From the NCBI RefSeq assembly GCF_009914755.1, contig NC_060929.1: 64,000 nt of DNA. One strand, given 5' to 3'. This stretch comes from the human T2T-CHM13v2.0 reference genome, Homo sapiens. Shown here piece by piece: positions 40,224 to 54,985 of the stretch (the stretch's first letter is position 1; every line of letters begins with the position of its first letter). The notes below the pieces were generated by a model. That model saw only the letters and a list, made by a program, of their open reading frames with translations, did not search any database and had not been told where the DNA came from. The translations under genes were made by a program, and so were the position numbers.

Positions 40224-43200
40224 TTAGAACTCATGAACAAGTTCAGTAGAGTTTAGGATATAAAATCAAAATATAAAAATCAGTTGTGTTCCTGTAGACT
40301 AAACAACAAATAACTGAAAGCAAAATCAATAAAACAAGCCCATTTTAAATAGCACCAGAAATAATGAAATACCAAGGAGTAAACTAAGGAGGTTTAAGAC
40401 TTGTATAATGAAATCTACAAAATAGTGATGAAATAAATTAAACACACAAATAGACATCTGTGTTCATGAATTGGAAGGCTTCATAATGTTAAAATTTCCA
40501 TAATACCTAATCTACAGATTCCATGTAATTCTTATCAAAATATAAATGGCATTATTTAGAGAAATAGAAAAAAACTAAAAAGTAGATGAAATCAAAAAGT
40601 ACCATGAATAGTCTAATTAATCTTGAGAAAGAATAACAAAGTTGGTTGTATAACACTTCTTGGCTTCAAAATATATTCCAAAGCTAAAATAATTAAAACA
40701 CTATGGTACTGGCATAAAAACAGACACATATGTTAAACAGAATAGAGTGCCAATAAATATATCCACACATACATAGCCAACGAATTTTCAACAAACCTAT
40801 CAAGTATACACAATGAGAAAAGGATAGCCTCTTCAAAAAATGCTCTTGGGAAAAATGGCTATCTACAAGAGGAAGAATGAAATTGGACCCTTATCTAACA
40901 TGAAACACAAAAATAACTCAAAATGGATTTAAGATTAAATGTAAGACCTGAAACTATAAGACTACTGGAAGAAAACAGGAGAAAACATGCATAACATTAG
41001 GACTGGCAATAATATGACACCAAAAGCACAGACCACAAAAACAAAACATACATGTGGGACTACATCAAATATAAAACTTCTTCACAGCAAAAGAAAAAAT
41101 CAACAACATAAAAAGGCAACCTACGAATGGCAGAAAATTTTTGCAAACCAGACATCTGATAAGGAGTGAATCTTCAAAATATATAAGAAGTTTCTGTAAC
41201 TCAATAGTAAAAACAAATTCAAAAACTAATAATAATAATCCATTTTGAAAATGGGCTAAGAAATAGAATTAACATTTTTCTGAACATTTTTTCCTGAAGA
41301 AGACATACAAATGGCAAAGAGGTATATGAAAAATGCTCCATGATCACTAGTAAATGCAAATTAATAATACAATGAAAAAGAACCTCATACCTGTCAGGAT
41401 AGCTAATATCAAACAAACAAAAAGACAAGTTTTTTAGGATGAGGAGAAATTAGAACCCTACGCACTGTTGGGAGGAATTGAAAATGGTGCAGATGCTTTG
41501 TGTGTGTTTATGCCTCAGACACTGGTGCCACTGTTGCTACAGGTTAGTGCACACCATGGTCTCTGGAGCCACGAAAGCTCTGCATATAGCTGTGCTCAAG
41601 AAACTGATCTCCTAGCTGCACCATAAGCACATTCAACTGGCACACCACTACAAATGTGGTAGCAGGGGCACCTGCACCCAGACACTGGTGCCATTGCCAC
41701 TCTGGACCCCAGAGCTTTGGCCTCCCATGTATGCTAATGCTTCAGACTCCCCTTCCCCATTCACAGGTACCTTTTCACAGGTACAACACATTAGACACTG
41801 TTGCAATGAAAGCATATATGCAAGCTGGACCCGGCAAGAAAATAATTTCCCTTAGTCAAAACTTCTCTGGTGGGAGAATTACAGACTGGGAGGAAATCAG
41901 TCTTTGCCACTGAAAACACCACCAGCCCTCACTGTCACTGAAGACACCCACAGTCTTGGCCACTGAGGATCTCTGCAATCTTCACCAATGCAAGGTGAAT
42001 GTATCACCAAAGCAGACAGAGCTATACGAAGACAAAACTGTTGTGTACTCTCCAGAGCCAGAACCATTACAATTCACCCAGAGCCATCCTTCTATCCACC
42101 CTCAGGAGGTCTGTCCACACCAAAGCAAGTCCATAAAGCTTTGGAAGAGGTAACTGTTTCATCAAACATGCAATCATCAAGGCAAGGCAATGAAAAAAAT
42201 AATTTAAAAAATAGCACAGCAACAAAAAAGAAACCACAATAATTTTATAGTAACAGACCACAAAGAAATGGAAATCTGTTGTCTGAAGAGAAATTTAAAT
42301 AGCTGCTTTAAGGAAGTTCAGTAAAATTCAAAATATCACAGAGAGAAATTCAACAAAATCAGGAACACAACAGAAGAACAAAAAAAGAAATTTAATAGAT
42401 TAAAATTATTAAAAAGAAACAAAAAATTCTGGAGTAAAAGAATACAATGAAAGAAATAGAAAATGTGATGGAGAGTGTAATCAACAATTCCTTAAGCACA
42501 AGAAAGAATATGTGAACTTGAAGATAAGTTGTTAGAAAATATACAATCAGAAAAAAAGGAATAAAGAAAGTCTAGAGGATCTATGAGACAATATCAAAAT
42601 AGCAAATATTAAAATTATCAAATAAAAGGAGGAAAGAGAAAGTAGAAGCAGAAATCTTATTTAGAAAAAAAAATGACTAAAATATTTCCTAATCTGAGTA
42701 AAAATATAAATGTCCAGTACAAAGAATACAAAATTTCCAATTATATTCAACCCCAAAAGGACAAAACTAAGACATACTATATCTTACTATCAAAGTGTCA
42801 AAAATTATAAAGAGAGAATCTTAAAAGCAGCAAAAGAAAAGCAACTTGTCAAATACAAGAGAATAATCATAAGGCTATCAGTGTATTTTTTTAAGAAAAA
42901 ATTGTTTTAAGCCAGGAGACAGTGGGATGACATATTGAAAGTATAGAAAGAAAAAAAAGAAGAAAAGCAAGCCAAGATTATTTTACTTGGCAAAGCTGTC
43001 CTTCTGATATAAAGAGATGAAAACAATACTAGACAAACAAAAGCTAAGGGAGTTCATTACCACTACACCTGCCTTACAAGAACTACTAAAGGAAGTTCTT
43101 CAAGCTGAAATGAACAGATGCTTACTAGTAACAACAAAACATATAAAAGTATAAAATGTACTGGTAAAAGAAAGTATCTGGTCACATTCAGAATACACTA

Positions 43201-43671
43201 ATACTGTAATGATGGTATATATGTCATTCATATCTCTGGTACAAAGGTTAGAAGACAAAACTATGAAAATAATTATAGCTGCAATCATTTGTTAAGTAAT
43301 ACATAATATAAAAAGAGATAAATGGTAACATCAAGAACATAAAATGAGGGGCGCAAATAAAACTGTAGTGAATTTTATGCAATCAAAGTTAAGTTGTCAT
43401 CAGCTTAAAAGAGTCTTTTACAACTACAGGATAATTGTGTTACCTTCATGGTAAACACAGAGCAAAAGCTTCTAGCTTATAAAGAAAACAAAGAAAAAGG
43501 AATCAACATACCAGTATATAAACTTATCAAATCATAAGGGAAGTAGCAGGAGAGGAAGAAAGAATAAAGAATCTACATAACAAACAATAAAATGGCTGTA
43601 GTCTGTCCTTACCTATCAACAATTACCTTGAATGCAAATAGATTAAATTATTCAATCAAAAATAGAATGGA

Positions 43672-43944
43672 GGCCAGGCACAGTGGCTCACGCCTGTAAT
43701 CCCAGTGGGAGGCCAAGGCAGGCAAATTGCTTGAGCTTAGGAGTTCAAGACCAGCCTGGGCAACATGGCAAAACCTCATCTATAAAAAGTACAAAAATTA
43801 GCCACGTGTGGTGGCACGTGCCTGTAGTCCCAGCTACTTGGGAGGCTGAGGTGGGAGGATCACTTGAGCCCAGGAGGTTGAGGCTGCAGGGAGCCACTGC
43901 CCTCTAGCCTAGGCAACAAGGTGAAACCCCATCTCAAAACAAAA
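43672..43944 (+). mobile_element. AluJ (AluJb-like)
   Basis: TTGCTTGAGCTTAGGAGTTCAAGACCAGCCTGGGCAACATGG and GGGAGGATCACTTGAGCCCAGGAGGTTGAGGCTGCAG. Confidence 0.88.
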
Positions 43945-45719
43945 CCCAGAGTGGCTAGGTATAGAAAAAATAAGACCCAACCATATGCTGCCTACGAAAG
44001 ACTCCTTTCATCTTTAGGGACATATACGTGCTTGAATATGAAGAGATGAATAAAATATGTTCTATGGAAACAGAAACCAAAAAATAACTTATATCAGACA
44101 AAAGAGACTAAGTCAAAAACTAAAATGACACAAAGATGGTCATTACGTAATGATAAAGCAGTGAATTCACCAAGAGTATATAATACATACACACAAACCC
44201 CCCAACATTAGAGCATTTAAATATATGAAATAATTATTAATAGATCAGGAGAGATTAACAACAATACAATAATAGTAGAAAACATTAATACCCCATTTTC
44301 CACAATGAATAGATCATCCAAATAGAAAATAAATAAGGAAACATTGGACTTGAACAACATCTTAAACCAAATAGACCTCACAGATATACAGAATATTTTA
44401 TCCATTAGCAGCAGAATACACAGTCTTCTCAAGCACACATAGAAAATTCTCCAGGATAGATCATATGTTAATCTACAAGGTAAGTCTTCACAAATTTAAG
44501 AAGATTGAAATCACATTGAATTTCTTTTCTGACTACAATGGCTTAAAACTAGAAATTAATAATGAAAGAAAATTTGGAAATTTCACAAATATGTGGAAAT
44601 TAAACAACATGCTCTTGGATAATTGAGTCAAAGAAAAAATAGAAGGGAAAATTAAAAATATCTTGAGGCAACTAAGAAATGGAAGCACAGCATACCAAAA
44701 CTTACTGCCTGCTGCAAACGCAGCTCTAAATCAAAATGATTTCCAATAAACCACCTAACATTACACCAAAATGAATCAGAAAAGAAATAACAAATAAAGC
44801 CCAAAGTAGACTGGAAGAAATATCAAAGGCCAGAGCAGAAATAAGTAAAATAGAGATTAGAAAAATAATAGAACAAAACTAATATTTCTTTTGAAAAAAT
44901 AAAATTTACTCACTTTTAGCTAGACTAAGAAAAAAGAGAGAATACTGAAAAGAAAGAAGAGACATTACAACTGATACCATAGAAATACAAAGGATTATAA
45001 GATACTATTAATGCTATAAACAATGGAATGCCAACATACTGGATGATCTAGACAAAACTGGTGTATTCCTAGGAACATACAACTTGCCAAGACTGAATCA
45101 TGAATAAATAAGAAATGAATAGCAGTACTTCCCAAACTCTTCAGGAAAAAAAAAATGGAAGAGGAGGGAATACTTTCAAATTCATTTCACAATGCCAGTA
45201 TTACCCTGATGTTAAAGCTAGACACCACAAGAAAAGAACATTTTAGGCCAATTTCGTTGATAAACACAGATGCAAAATCATAAATGCAATAATGACAAAC
45301 AAAATTAAATTGTACATTAAAAAGATTATTCACTATGATCAAGTGGAATTTTTCACTGGATGCAAAACTGATTGAACACATGGAAATCAATAAATGTGGC
45401 ACATTACGGTAGCAGAATGAAGGACAAATATGATACAATTGTCTCCATAAATACAGAAAAATCATTTGACAAGATTCAACATCCTTTGATAATAAATGCT
45501 CTCAACAAATTAAAGGTATTTAAGAAATATATCTAAACCCAGTAAAGACTATCTATGAAAACACAAAGCTAATATTATACTCAATGGTGAAAAGTTGAAA
45601 GCTGTCAGATAAGGAAAAGACAAAGATGTCCACACTTTAATCACTTCTATTCAACATAATACTGAAAGTCTTATCCAGAACAATTAATAAAGGAAAAAAA
45701 GACACTTGATTAAGAAAGG

Positions 45720-45984
45720 TAATGGGTACACAAAATAGAAGAATGAATAAGTTCTGGTGTTTGCTGGTACAAAAGGGTCACTATAGTCAAAAATAATTGT
45801 ACATTGAAAAATAACTAGAAGTATAATTGGACTATTTATAACACAAAAGATAAATGCTTGAAGTGATGGATACTCCATATACCTTGGTGTGATGATAATG
45901 CATTGCATGCCTGCATCAAAATATCTGACGTAACTCATAAATATATACACCTATTATGTGCCTACAAAAATAAAAATTTTTAAC
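45720..45984 (+). mobile_element. L1MA1-3-type 3' end inserted in L1M B
   Basis: TAATGGGTACACAAAATAG...GATAAATGCTTGAAGTGATGGATACTCCAT...CATAAATATATACACCTATTATGT. 8-bp TSD AAGAAAGG at 45712-45719 and 45985-45992. Confidence 0.8.
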
Positions 45985-46139
45985 AAGAAAGGAAAAATCT
46001 TAATAGTGTGTATTTGCAAACCACATGTTCTTATATATGGAAAACAGATCCACTGAAAAAAAACGGTTAGAAATTCAGTAAAGATGCAGCACACAAAATC
46101 AACATACAAAAATTGTAATTTTTTATAGACCAAGAACTA

Positions 46140-47316
<1,177 letters not shown>

Positions 47317-48195
47317 TATTCTTCAAAAAAGAAAATCAAGATACTTCCACTTAAAATAAGCTACAAAATTAAAATATTTACAAATAAATTTAATCCAAAA
47401 AGTAAAAGATCTATATACTGTAAACTTTAAAACAGCGATGGAAAAAATTGAAGACATAAATGTATGAAAAGACATCCTGTGTTCATGAACCGGTAGAACA
47501 CTGCTAAAATATCCACATTACCCAAAGTTAGCCACAGAACAATTGTAATCCCTATTAAAATTTCAACGACTTAAAAAAAGAGAGAAAGTAATTCTAAAAT
47601 TTGTGTGGAATCACAAGAGACCCCAAATGACCAAAGCAATCTTGAACAAAAAGAACAAAGCTGGAGGCATTACAGGTCTTGATCTCAAAATCTACTGCAA
47701 AGTTTTAGTAATCAAAACAGCATGGTACTGGCATAAAAACAGACCAATAGACCAAAGGAGCAGAATAGGCAGCCTGGAAATAAATCCACCAATTTACAGT
47801 GAATTGATTTTCAACAAAGATGCCAAGAACACACAATGGAGAAAAAACAGTTTCTTCAATAAGTGGTGCTGATAAAACTAGATATCCACATGCAAAATGA
47901 AATTAAAACTTTACCTTCCACCACATGCAAAAATCAATTCAAAATGGATTAAAGACTTAAACATAGGATCTTAAACTGTGAAACTATTCAAATAAAACAT
48001 ATGGATAAAGTTTCTTGACATTATTCCTGGCAAAGTCATTTTTTGATATGACCCCAAAAGAATGAGCAATAAAAGCAAAAATTGACAAATGACATTAAAT
48101 CAAACTAAAACGTTTCTGCACAGCAGTCAACAGACTATACTTTAACTATGGGTAGCTTATTATATATCAATTATACCTCAATAAAAGTATTTTTT

Positions 48196-49059
48196 TAATT
48201 ATACTTTAAGTTTTAGGGTACATGTGCACAACGTGCAGGTTAGTGACATATGCATACATGTGCCATGTTGGTGTGCTGCACCCAGTAACTCTTCATTTAA
48301 CATTAGGTATATCTCCAAATGCTATCCCTCCCCACTCCCCCAACCCCATAACACGTCCTGGTGTGTGATGTTCCCCTTCCTGTGTCCATGTGTTCTCATT
48401 GTTCAACTCCCACCTATGAGTGAGGACATATGGTGTTTGGTTTTTTGTCCTTACGATAGTTCGCTGAGAATGATGGTTTCCAGCTTCATCCATGTCCCTA
48501 CAAAGGACATGAACTCATTTTTTATGACTGCATAGTATTGCATGGTGTATATGTGCCATATTTTCTTAATCCAGTCTATCATTGTTGGACATTTGGGTTG
48601 GTTCCAAGTCTTTGCTATTGTGAATAATGCTGCAATAAACATACGTGTGCATGTGTCTTTATAGCAGTATCATTTATAATCCTTTGGGTATATACCCAGT
48701 AATGGGATTGCTGGGTCAAATGCTAGTTCTAGATCCCTGAGGAATCGCCACACTGCCTTCCACAATGGTTGAACTAGTTTACAGTCCCACCAAGAGTGTA
48801 AAAGTGTTCCTATTTCTCCACATCCTCTCCAGCACCTGTTGTTTCCTGACTTTTTAATGATTGCCAGTCTAACTGGTGTGAGATGGTATCTCATTGTGGT
48901 TTTGATTTGCATTTCTCTGATGGCCAGTGATGATGAGCATTTTTTCATGTGTCTTTTGGCTGCATAAATGCCTTCTTTTGAGAAGTGTCTGTTCATATCA
49001 TTTGCCCACTTTTTGATGGGGTTGTTTGTTTTTTTCTTGTAAATTTGTTGGAGTTCATT
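48196..49059 (-). mobile_element. 5'-truncated L1PA (L1PA4-like), ~0.86 kb
   Basis: Antisense 3'UTR and ORF2 end. TSD AAAAGTATTTTTT at 48183-48195 and 49065-49077. Confidence 0.93.
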
Positions 49060-49199
49060 AAAAAAAAAGTATTTTTTAGGTAGGAAATTTGCTGAAATAC
49101 CACAACTATAATGTTTCCTACAGCAAAAATAACACTCAACTTCAAGGATAAAACAGACTTCCCCAGGGACACATGTCCCAATGTGAGAATTAAAAATGG

Positions 49200-49694
49200 A
49201 AGCTAGATATGAAATTCACAAAAGAAATCAGCAAAACAAAAAGCTGTCTGTTTAAACAGATAAATCACTAAGTTTCCAGTCAGGAAAATAAGAAAAAAAT
49301 ACTAATACCAGAAATGAAAGAGGAGACATCAATAAAGATCCCATGAACATTAAAAAGATAAAGGAATATTATGAACAATTATATGCTCACAAATTGGATT
49401 ACTAAGATGAAATGGACTAATTCCTTGAATGATGCAATCTGTTAAAACCACACAAGAAGAAATAGACAATCTGATCAGGCTCATATTAAAGAAATTGAAT
49501 CAATAATTAATAACCTTTCAAAACAGAAAGCACCAGGCCCAGATGGATTCACTGGCGAATTCTACCAAGCATTAAAATAAGAAATGTCAAATCTATACAA
49601 TCTTTCTCAGAATGTAGGAGCAGAAGGAATACTTTCTAACTGGTTCTATGAGGCCAGCATCACCCTAATACCAAAATCAGACAAAGCCATTACA

Positions 49695-49725
<31 letters not shown>

Positions 49726-50515
49726 CTATAGACCAATATTTCTCAGATGAAAATTCTCAAAAAAATTAGGAAATCAAATCCAACAATTCTTAAAATTAAA
49801 TATTAAAATACCATGACCAAGTAAGATTCATCCCAGGTATACAAAAGCTGGTTCAACATTTGGAAATCACTTAATGTAATACAACATATCAACATGCTAA
49901 GTAAAAAAAAAATCATGTGATACTATTGGAATCATATCAATAGATGCAGAAAAATCATTTGAAAAATCTAACATCCATTCATAATAAAACTCTAAGTAAA
50001 CTAGGAATACAGGAGAATTTCCTCAACTTGGTATATATACCAAAAACCTACAGCTAACATTATATTGAAGAGTGTGAAACTAGAAGCTTTTCCATTAACA
50101 TCAGGAATAAGATACGGATGTTTTATCTCACCACTCCTTTTCTAGAATAGGCAAGATTATGGAGACAGTAGAAAGTTCAGTAGTTACTATGGAGAGATGA
50201 ATAGACAGACCTCAGAGGATTTTTGTGACATTAAAACTACTCTGTATGATGCCATAATGGTAGATAAATGTTATGTATTTGTTCAGACTCAGAGTGTACA
50301 ACACCAAGAGTGAGCCCTAATGTAAACTGGACTCTGGGTGATAATGATGTGTCAATGTAGGTCCATTGATTGTAATATATGTAGGTCTCTGGTGGAAGAT
50401 GTTGATAGTGGAGGAGGCTATGCATGTGTGGAGGTCAGGGGTATAGAGAAGCTCTCTATTTTCTGCTTGATTGTGCTGTGAACCTAAAACTGCTCTAAAA
50501 GTCTTTATTAAAACA
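49200..50515 (+). mobile_element. L1MC1-like element: ORF2 piece joined to 3'UTR by an internal deletion
   Basis: CACCAGGCCCAGATGGATTCACTGGCGAATTCTACCAA, then 3'UTR GTACAACACCAAGAGTGAGCCCTAATGTAAAC...GCTGTGAACCTAAAACTGCTCTAAAA. Junction near 50145 and an internal A-run at 49698-49725. Confidence 0.8.
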
Positions 50516-51074
50516 TGAAAGCCAGTGGGATTTTTTCCTCCTATAATCACACCAGAAATATGTTGATAAGACTATAATTTGGGGCACTACCTGGTAGGAA
50601 GCAACAAACTTCTGTCTCCCTCTATTACATTCTATTTGTTTGTGTCATGGCAGTACCCTGTTCACAAGCCTGTGATGGCTTTCTATCATCAGAATCAAGT
50701 CTTCATCTCAGCAGGTACTTGAAGAAGTTCTAAAACATGGCCCTTAAATACTTAATTTTATTTCCCATTACCTCTTTTCTGCGATCTAATTGAAACAGTC
50801 TAGACCAAGTAATACTGGGATTTTCTGTTTTCTTAGTAATCAATCCCTCCTTTTCAGTCTCCATGAAAACAGCTACATATCACTCACTTTATACATGCAA
50901 AGACTCAATTAATAAAGATATTTAAATTACCTATACAGCCCTACTTAGCTCTAATTCCACCTCCTTCCATAAGGTGGTATCCCACTGCCTTCTCACCTTT
51001 CTCATGCTCCCATATCCAATGGGGGGATTACAGAGATGGGATCATAGGAACCAAAATTTAACCTTCACTCTGCC

Positions 51075-51556
51075 TACATCAGTTTCCTATTACTGCTGTA
51101 AAAAAAATCCTCAACATTTTGTGGCATAAAACAATACAGATTTAGTATCTTAAGGTCCTAGAAGTTGGAAGTCCAAAATGTATTGTATTAGGGCTAAAAT
51201 CAAGGTGATTGGCAGGGCTGCATTCCTTCTGTTTTCCTTCTGGAGGCTCTGGGAAGAATGTTTCCTTGCCTTTTCCAGCTTCTAGAAGCCGTCTGTCTTC
51301 CTTGGCTCATGCCTTCCAGCCAGCAATCATATCACTCCAACTCCTGCTCTTAACACATTCTTCTCTGACTCCCCTGCTTACCTGTTTTACTTGCAAGAAT
51401 CCTTGCTATTACATTGGGCTCATCTAGATAATCCAACATAATTCCCCTATCTCAATGAGCCTTAACTTAATTTTGCCATAGAAAGTAACATATTCACATT
51501 CTCCATGCATGAAAATCTAGACATATTGAGAGGGGGGCATTATTATGGCTATAAAA
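51075..51556 (-). mobile_element. MLT1C-like MaLR solo LTR
   Basis: GGGCTAAAATCAAGGTGATTGGCAGGGCTGCATTCCTTCT...TTCCTTGCCTTTTCCAGCTTCTAGAAGC...GGGGGCATTATT. Confidence 0.8.
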
Positions 51557-51994
51557 TTGTACTTTTCCATTATGGTATGGGGTTTGAATGTGGTTAGTGA
51601 CACAATGATATAGTTCTAATTAATGGCTCCATGCCAAAAAGAAACTTATTTTAGTTTTTTCTGCTAAAGAGATATCCAGACCAAAAGTGAAGTTACCAAA
51701 TCTACAATGCTTTTTCCCTTTACAGCAATTATATTCATTTCTCATTTGGTACTATACCATTAGATATATTGTAATTCCTTTTCCAGTTCAGCCCTCTTGC
51801 TCCCATTACCACGACAACCCACATCTTAATGACAAATGGTGGAGGTATCTATCAGCAGAAACCCTCAGAGAAGCAAGCCTCCAAATCCTACAAGCCTGAG
51901 GACCTTACCTTGTCTTAGGAATATTGTCGGGACTGCTAGGATTATACATATTAGAACACCTAGGTCTGGTACAATCAGTTCCATTCAGATAATA

Positions 51995-52260
51995 AAAAGT
52001 ATTACTGGAAGGAATCCCACATTAAGAGTCAGTGACCTACATTTTAGTTCTAGAATCATGCTACTCTGCTCTATTAGCTGGACACATCACAGAGCTGCTC
52101 TGGTCCTCGATATCCTTGGATACAAAATGACATGAATAACATCCCCGCCCGCCCCCCACCCTGTTCTCCTCTGTCCCTCCCTGTCAGGGCTGATGAAAAG
52201 ACCAACTGAGATCATCAGCAGAAAAGTGCTTCATAAGCTATAAAATTCAAAGATGAGCAA
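51995..52260 (+). mobile_element. MIR relic
   Basis: GAGTCAGTGACCTACATTTTAGTTCTAG...CAGGGCTGATGAAAAGACCAACTGAGAT...AAAGTGCTT. Confidence 0.55.
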
Positions 52261-53167
52261 TCAGTGTAATAATTATTGGCAAAGATTGTGCAAGCTACGA
52301 TGGGAAATATAAAGATACCCAAGGCAGTTTTTGCTCCTGAGAAATCTATAGTTTGATACAGGTAAGTCATGAACACAAAATAGCTCATTCATGTCCTTTT
52401 CTGATGGCAAGATTTTTAACCCAATCTAAAAGGCAGCATTCATCACAGAAAACGGCTAACCAAGGGAAGATCTGGGGCTTTGTGTAACCCTGGGGACATT
52501 TTAGTCATGGATGTTTCAGCACACTGTTTAATTTCCTACTTAAACTCCAATAACAATAGGATTAATGTGAAATCATGTTAGTGGGGAATATTTCTCCACC
52601 CCTAGTATTCATTTCTTTGGATGGGAGCTCAATTAGCATAATCCCTGGCCTATCTCCATCCCTTTATTCACTTTGTTCTTGGAGTAGTTGAGAGATCTTT
52701 GAATGACAAAATTGGTTAGAGTAACTAAGAACATTCCATTTAGCTCTTCCTTTCCCCTTAGAAAGCACCAATTCTTCTCTGCTCCTCCATGTCCTCTGTG
52801 GTTCAGGAACTCCACTGTGAGTGTTGCTTTGCATAAATACTGCCATAACTAAAGATTAGCTCTGGATTTGCTTATTAGCAACCACATTCTCCAACCTGGC
52901 CTTTATCAGTAAATAGGGTGATACTTTGGCCTCTAGTTTTGCATTTATTTATCAACCTGTTTAAAATGGTATAGGAAGGTCATTCCAAGAATCACCATGA
53001 ATAGTATGTTCGAAAAACCATGCTAAATAGTTTCCATGCCTTGTATCACGTAATCTCCATAACTACTCCCATAGGCAGGATTATTTTCTTCACATGATTG
53101 AGGAAATTGAAGTAATTCATGTAATTTACCCAAGGTCTCCCAGCTAGTAAGTGGTAGAGTTAGGAGT

Positions 53168-53528
53168 TGTTATGGACTGAGTGTTTGTATGCCCAGCCAT
53201 AGATTCATATGCTAATGTTCTAATCCCCAATGTGATGGTATTTAGAGATGGGGGTAATCAGGTTTAGATGATGTCATGAGGATAAATTCCTCATGATGGG
53301 ATCAGTGCCCCTATGAGACACCAGAGAGCTTGCTTCCTCTCTTTCCCTACAACACAGGGAGAAGGCAATCATCTACAAACCAGGAAAAGCACCCTTGTCA
53401 GGAACTGCATTGGCTAGCACCTTGATCTTGGACTTCCCAGCCTATATAGAACTGTGAGCAGTAAATGTCTGTTATTTATAAACCACCCAGGTTATGGTAT
53501 TTTGTTAAAGCAGCCCAAGTAAAATATA
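53168..53528 (+). mobile_element. MLT1A(0) solo LTR inserted in an antisense MIR (~53020-53570)
   Basis: TGTTATGGACTGAGTGTTTGT...GCACCTTGATCTTGGACTTCCCAGCC...TATGGTATTTTGTTAAAGCAGCCCAAG. MIR CCCAAGGTCTCCCAGCTAGTAAGTGG lies to the left. Confidence 0.85.
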
Positions 53529-54287
53529 CTGGAATCAAATCTAGGGTTTTCTGAATCTGAAGCCTGCATGATTAGCTGCGTTATCTATACATAGATTACT
53601 CATGGAGGGAATTCTATAGTTTCTACCTTACACGTGAGCAAAACTAAAGCAAAGTTTGATGTTAAGAAAATATCATTTTTGTACTTTGCCTGCTGCATTA
53701 TCTCTGAATTTTTATTACTGTGTTTGTAAAAGAGAAATAATGGTGATACTGAGGTTTCCTAAGGCAATTGGTTGTACTGAACACATGAGATGGTAGATGT
53801 ACAGATCTTTGGAGATTTGATGGCATGACACCAGTGAAGATGGTCAAGGTTATCATAGTTACAACCTTAAGATGATAGGATTAAGATCACATGCAGGCAG
53901 GTTTTAGGAACTGAATATTGAAATTGTAATTATGGTTCAGCACACATTTTTTACCACATGTTTTGATCCAACAACCCTACAGTTGTTGTGTCACCTTCCT
54001 CACAGGCCTTAACCCCTTTAATGCCCATTTTTCTCTGTGATCAAGAGTGACACTTCAGATGCCACCTAGAACAGCAGTTCCCCTAAGTCTGAGTTTAGTG
54101 ACTGACAACTCTGCAACTTCCATTCAAATTTATAAATGTGTCTTATGTGTGGACTTATGTAGATTTCTAAGTAAAACAGAAACTTCTGAAGATTTTCAAA
54201 ACGGATTCTGTGTAACAGGCACAGTATTTTACAACAGTGTCTATATATTCGTTTTATAAAGATTCATAAAGCCACAATCCTCATCTT

Positions 54288-54985
54288 TGTTAGAAATGCT
54301 TGTTCCCCATTGCCATAAATAATAGCACTTGAACCTGGGAGGCGGAGCTTGCAGTGAGCCAAGATCATGCCACTGCACTCCAGCCTGGGCGACTAAGGGA
54401 GACTCCATCTCAAAAAAATAAAAAAATAAAAAGAAATAGCACTTGAACATAAATTTAATTTCCTCAGCAAGGCCACTTTTACTTTCTGCAGAAAAGGTAC
54501 ACTCGCCAGCAGTTTTGCCACGAGAGTACACAGAACGAAGGAGACAGGGTCATTTATAATCTGACTTGTCCACCCTACTGCTGCGACCGGTTTCCATTGG
54601 CTGGAATGGGACCTCAAATTCTGTATTTGTCCCAATTGGCTAGCAATTTAGAACTTTTTAAAAGAGGCAAAGGCAGAGAAGAACAAAGGAAGGAGGAAGT
54701 AACTTGTGGAATGCTGAGAAAGGTAAAAACGCCTTCAAATTAGGGCGAGGAACAGGCTATGACCTCATGCTTGCTTGGATCAGTATAAGCATGCCAAGGC
54801 AAATATTTAGGCTAAATTGTGGGAGCTAAGAACATAAAGTACATTGATTTATTACAGCTAGCAGATATTTAATAATGTTAGCACAGGTCTTTAAATCAAT
54901 TTTGCTTCTAAGAGAAGTTACTGTTTATTCCTAATTAGATGGGGAGGAAAGTCTTTGAAGAGGAACCTCTACTTTACTTTTTACA
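54288..54985 (-). mobile_element. ERV1 solo LTR, probably LTR10C (HERV-I group)
   Basis: TG...CA termini. The minus strand begins TGTAAAAAGTAAAGTAGAGGTTCCTCTTCAAAGAC. 4-bp TSD TCTT at 54284-54287 and 54986-54989. About 585 bp after removing the Alu. The subfamily name is from recall. Confidence 0.7.
54335..54434 (+). mobile_element. Severely 5'-truncated AluY inside the LTR
   Basis: CTGGGAGGCGGAGCTTGCAGTGAGCC...CATCTCAAAA. 14-bp TSD AATAGCACTTGAAC at 54321-54334 and 54435-54448. Confidence 0.9.

Noticed and set aside
53274-53296. Hairpin TCATGAGGA...TCCTCATGA
   Set aside because: An inherent feature of the MLT1A consensus and too short to imply a structured RNA.
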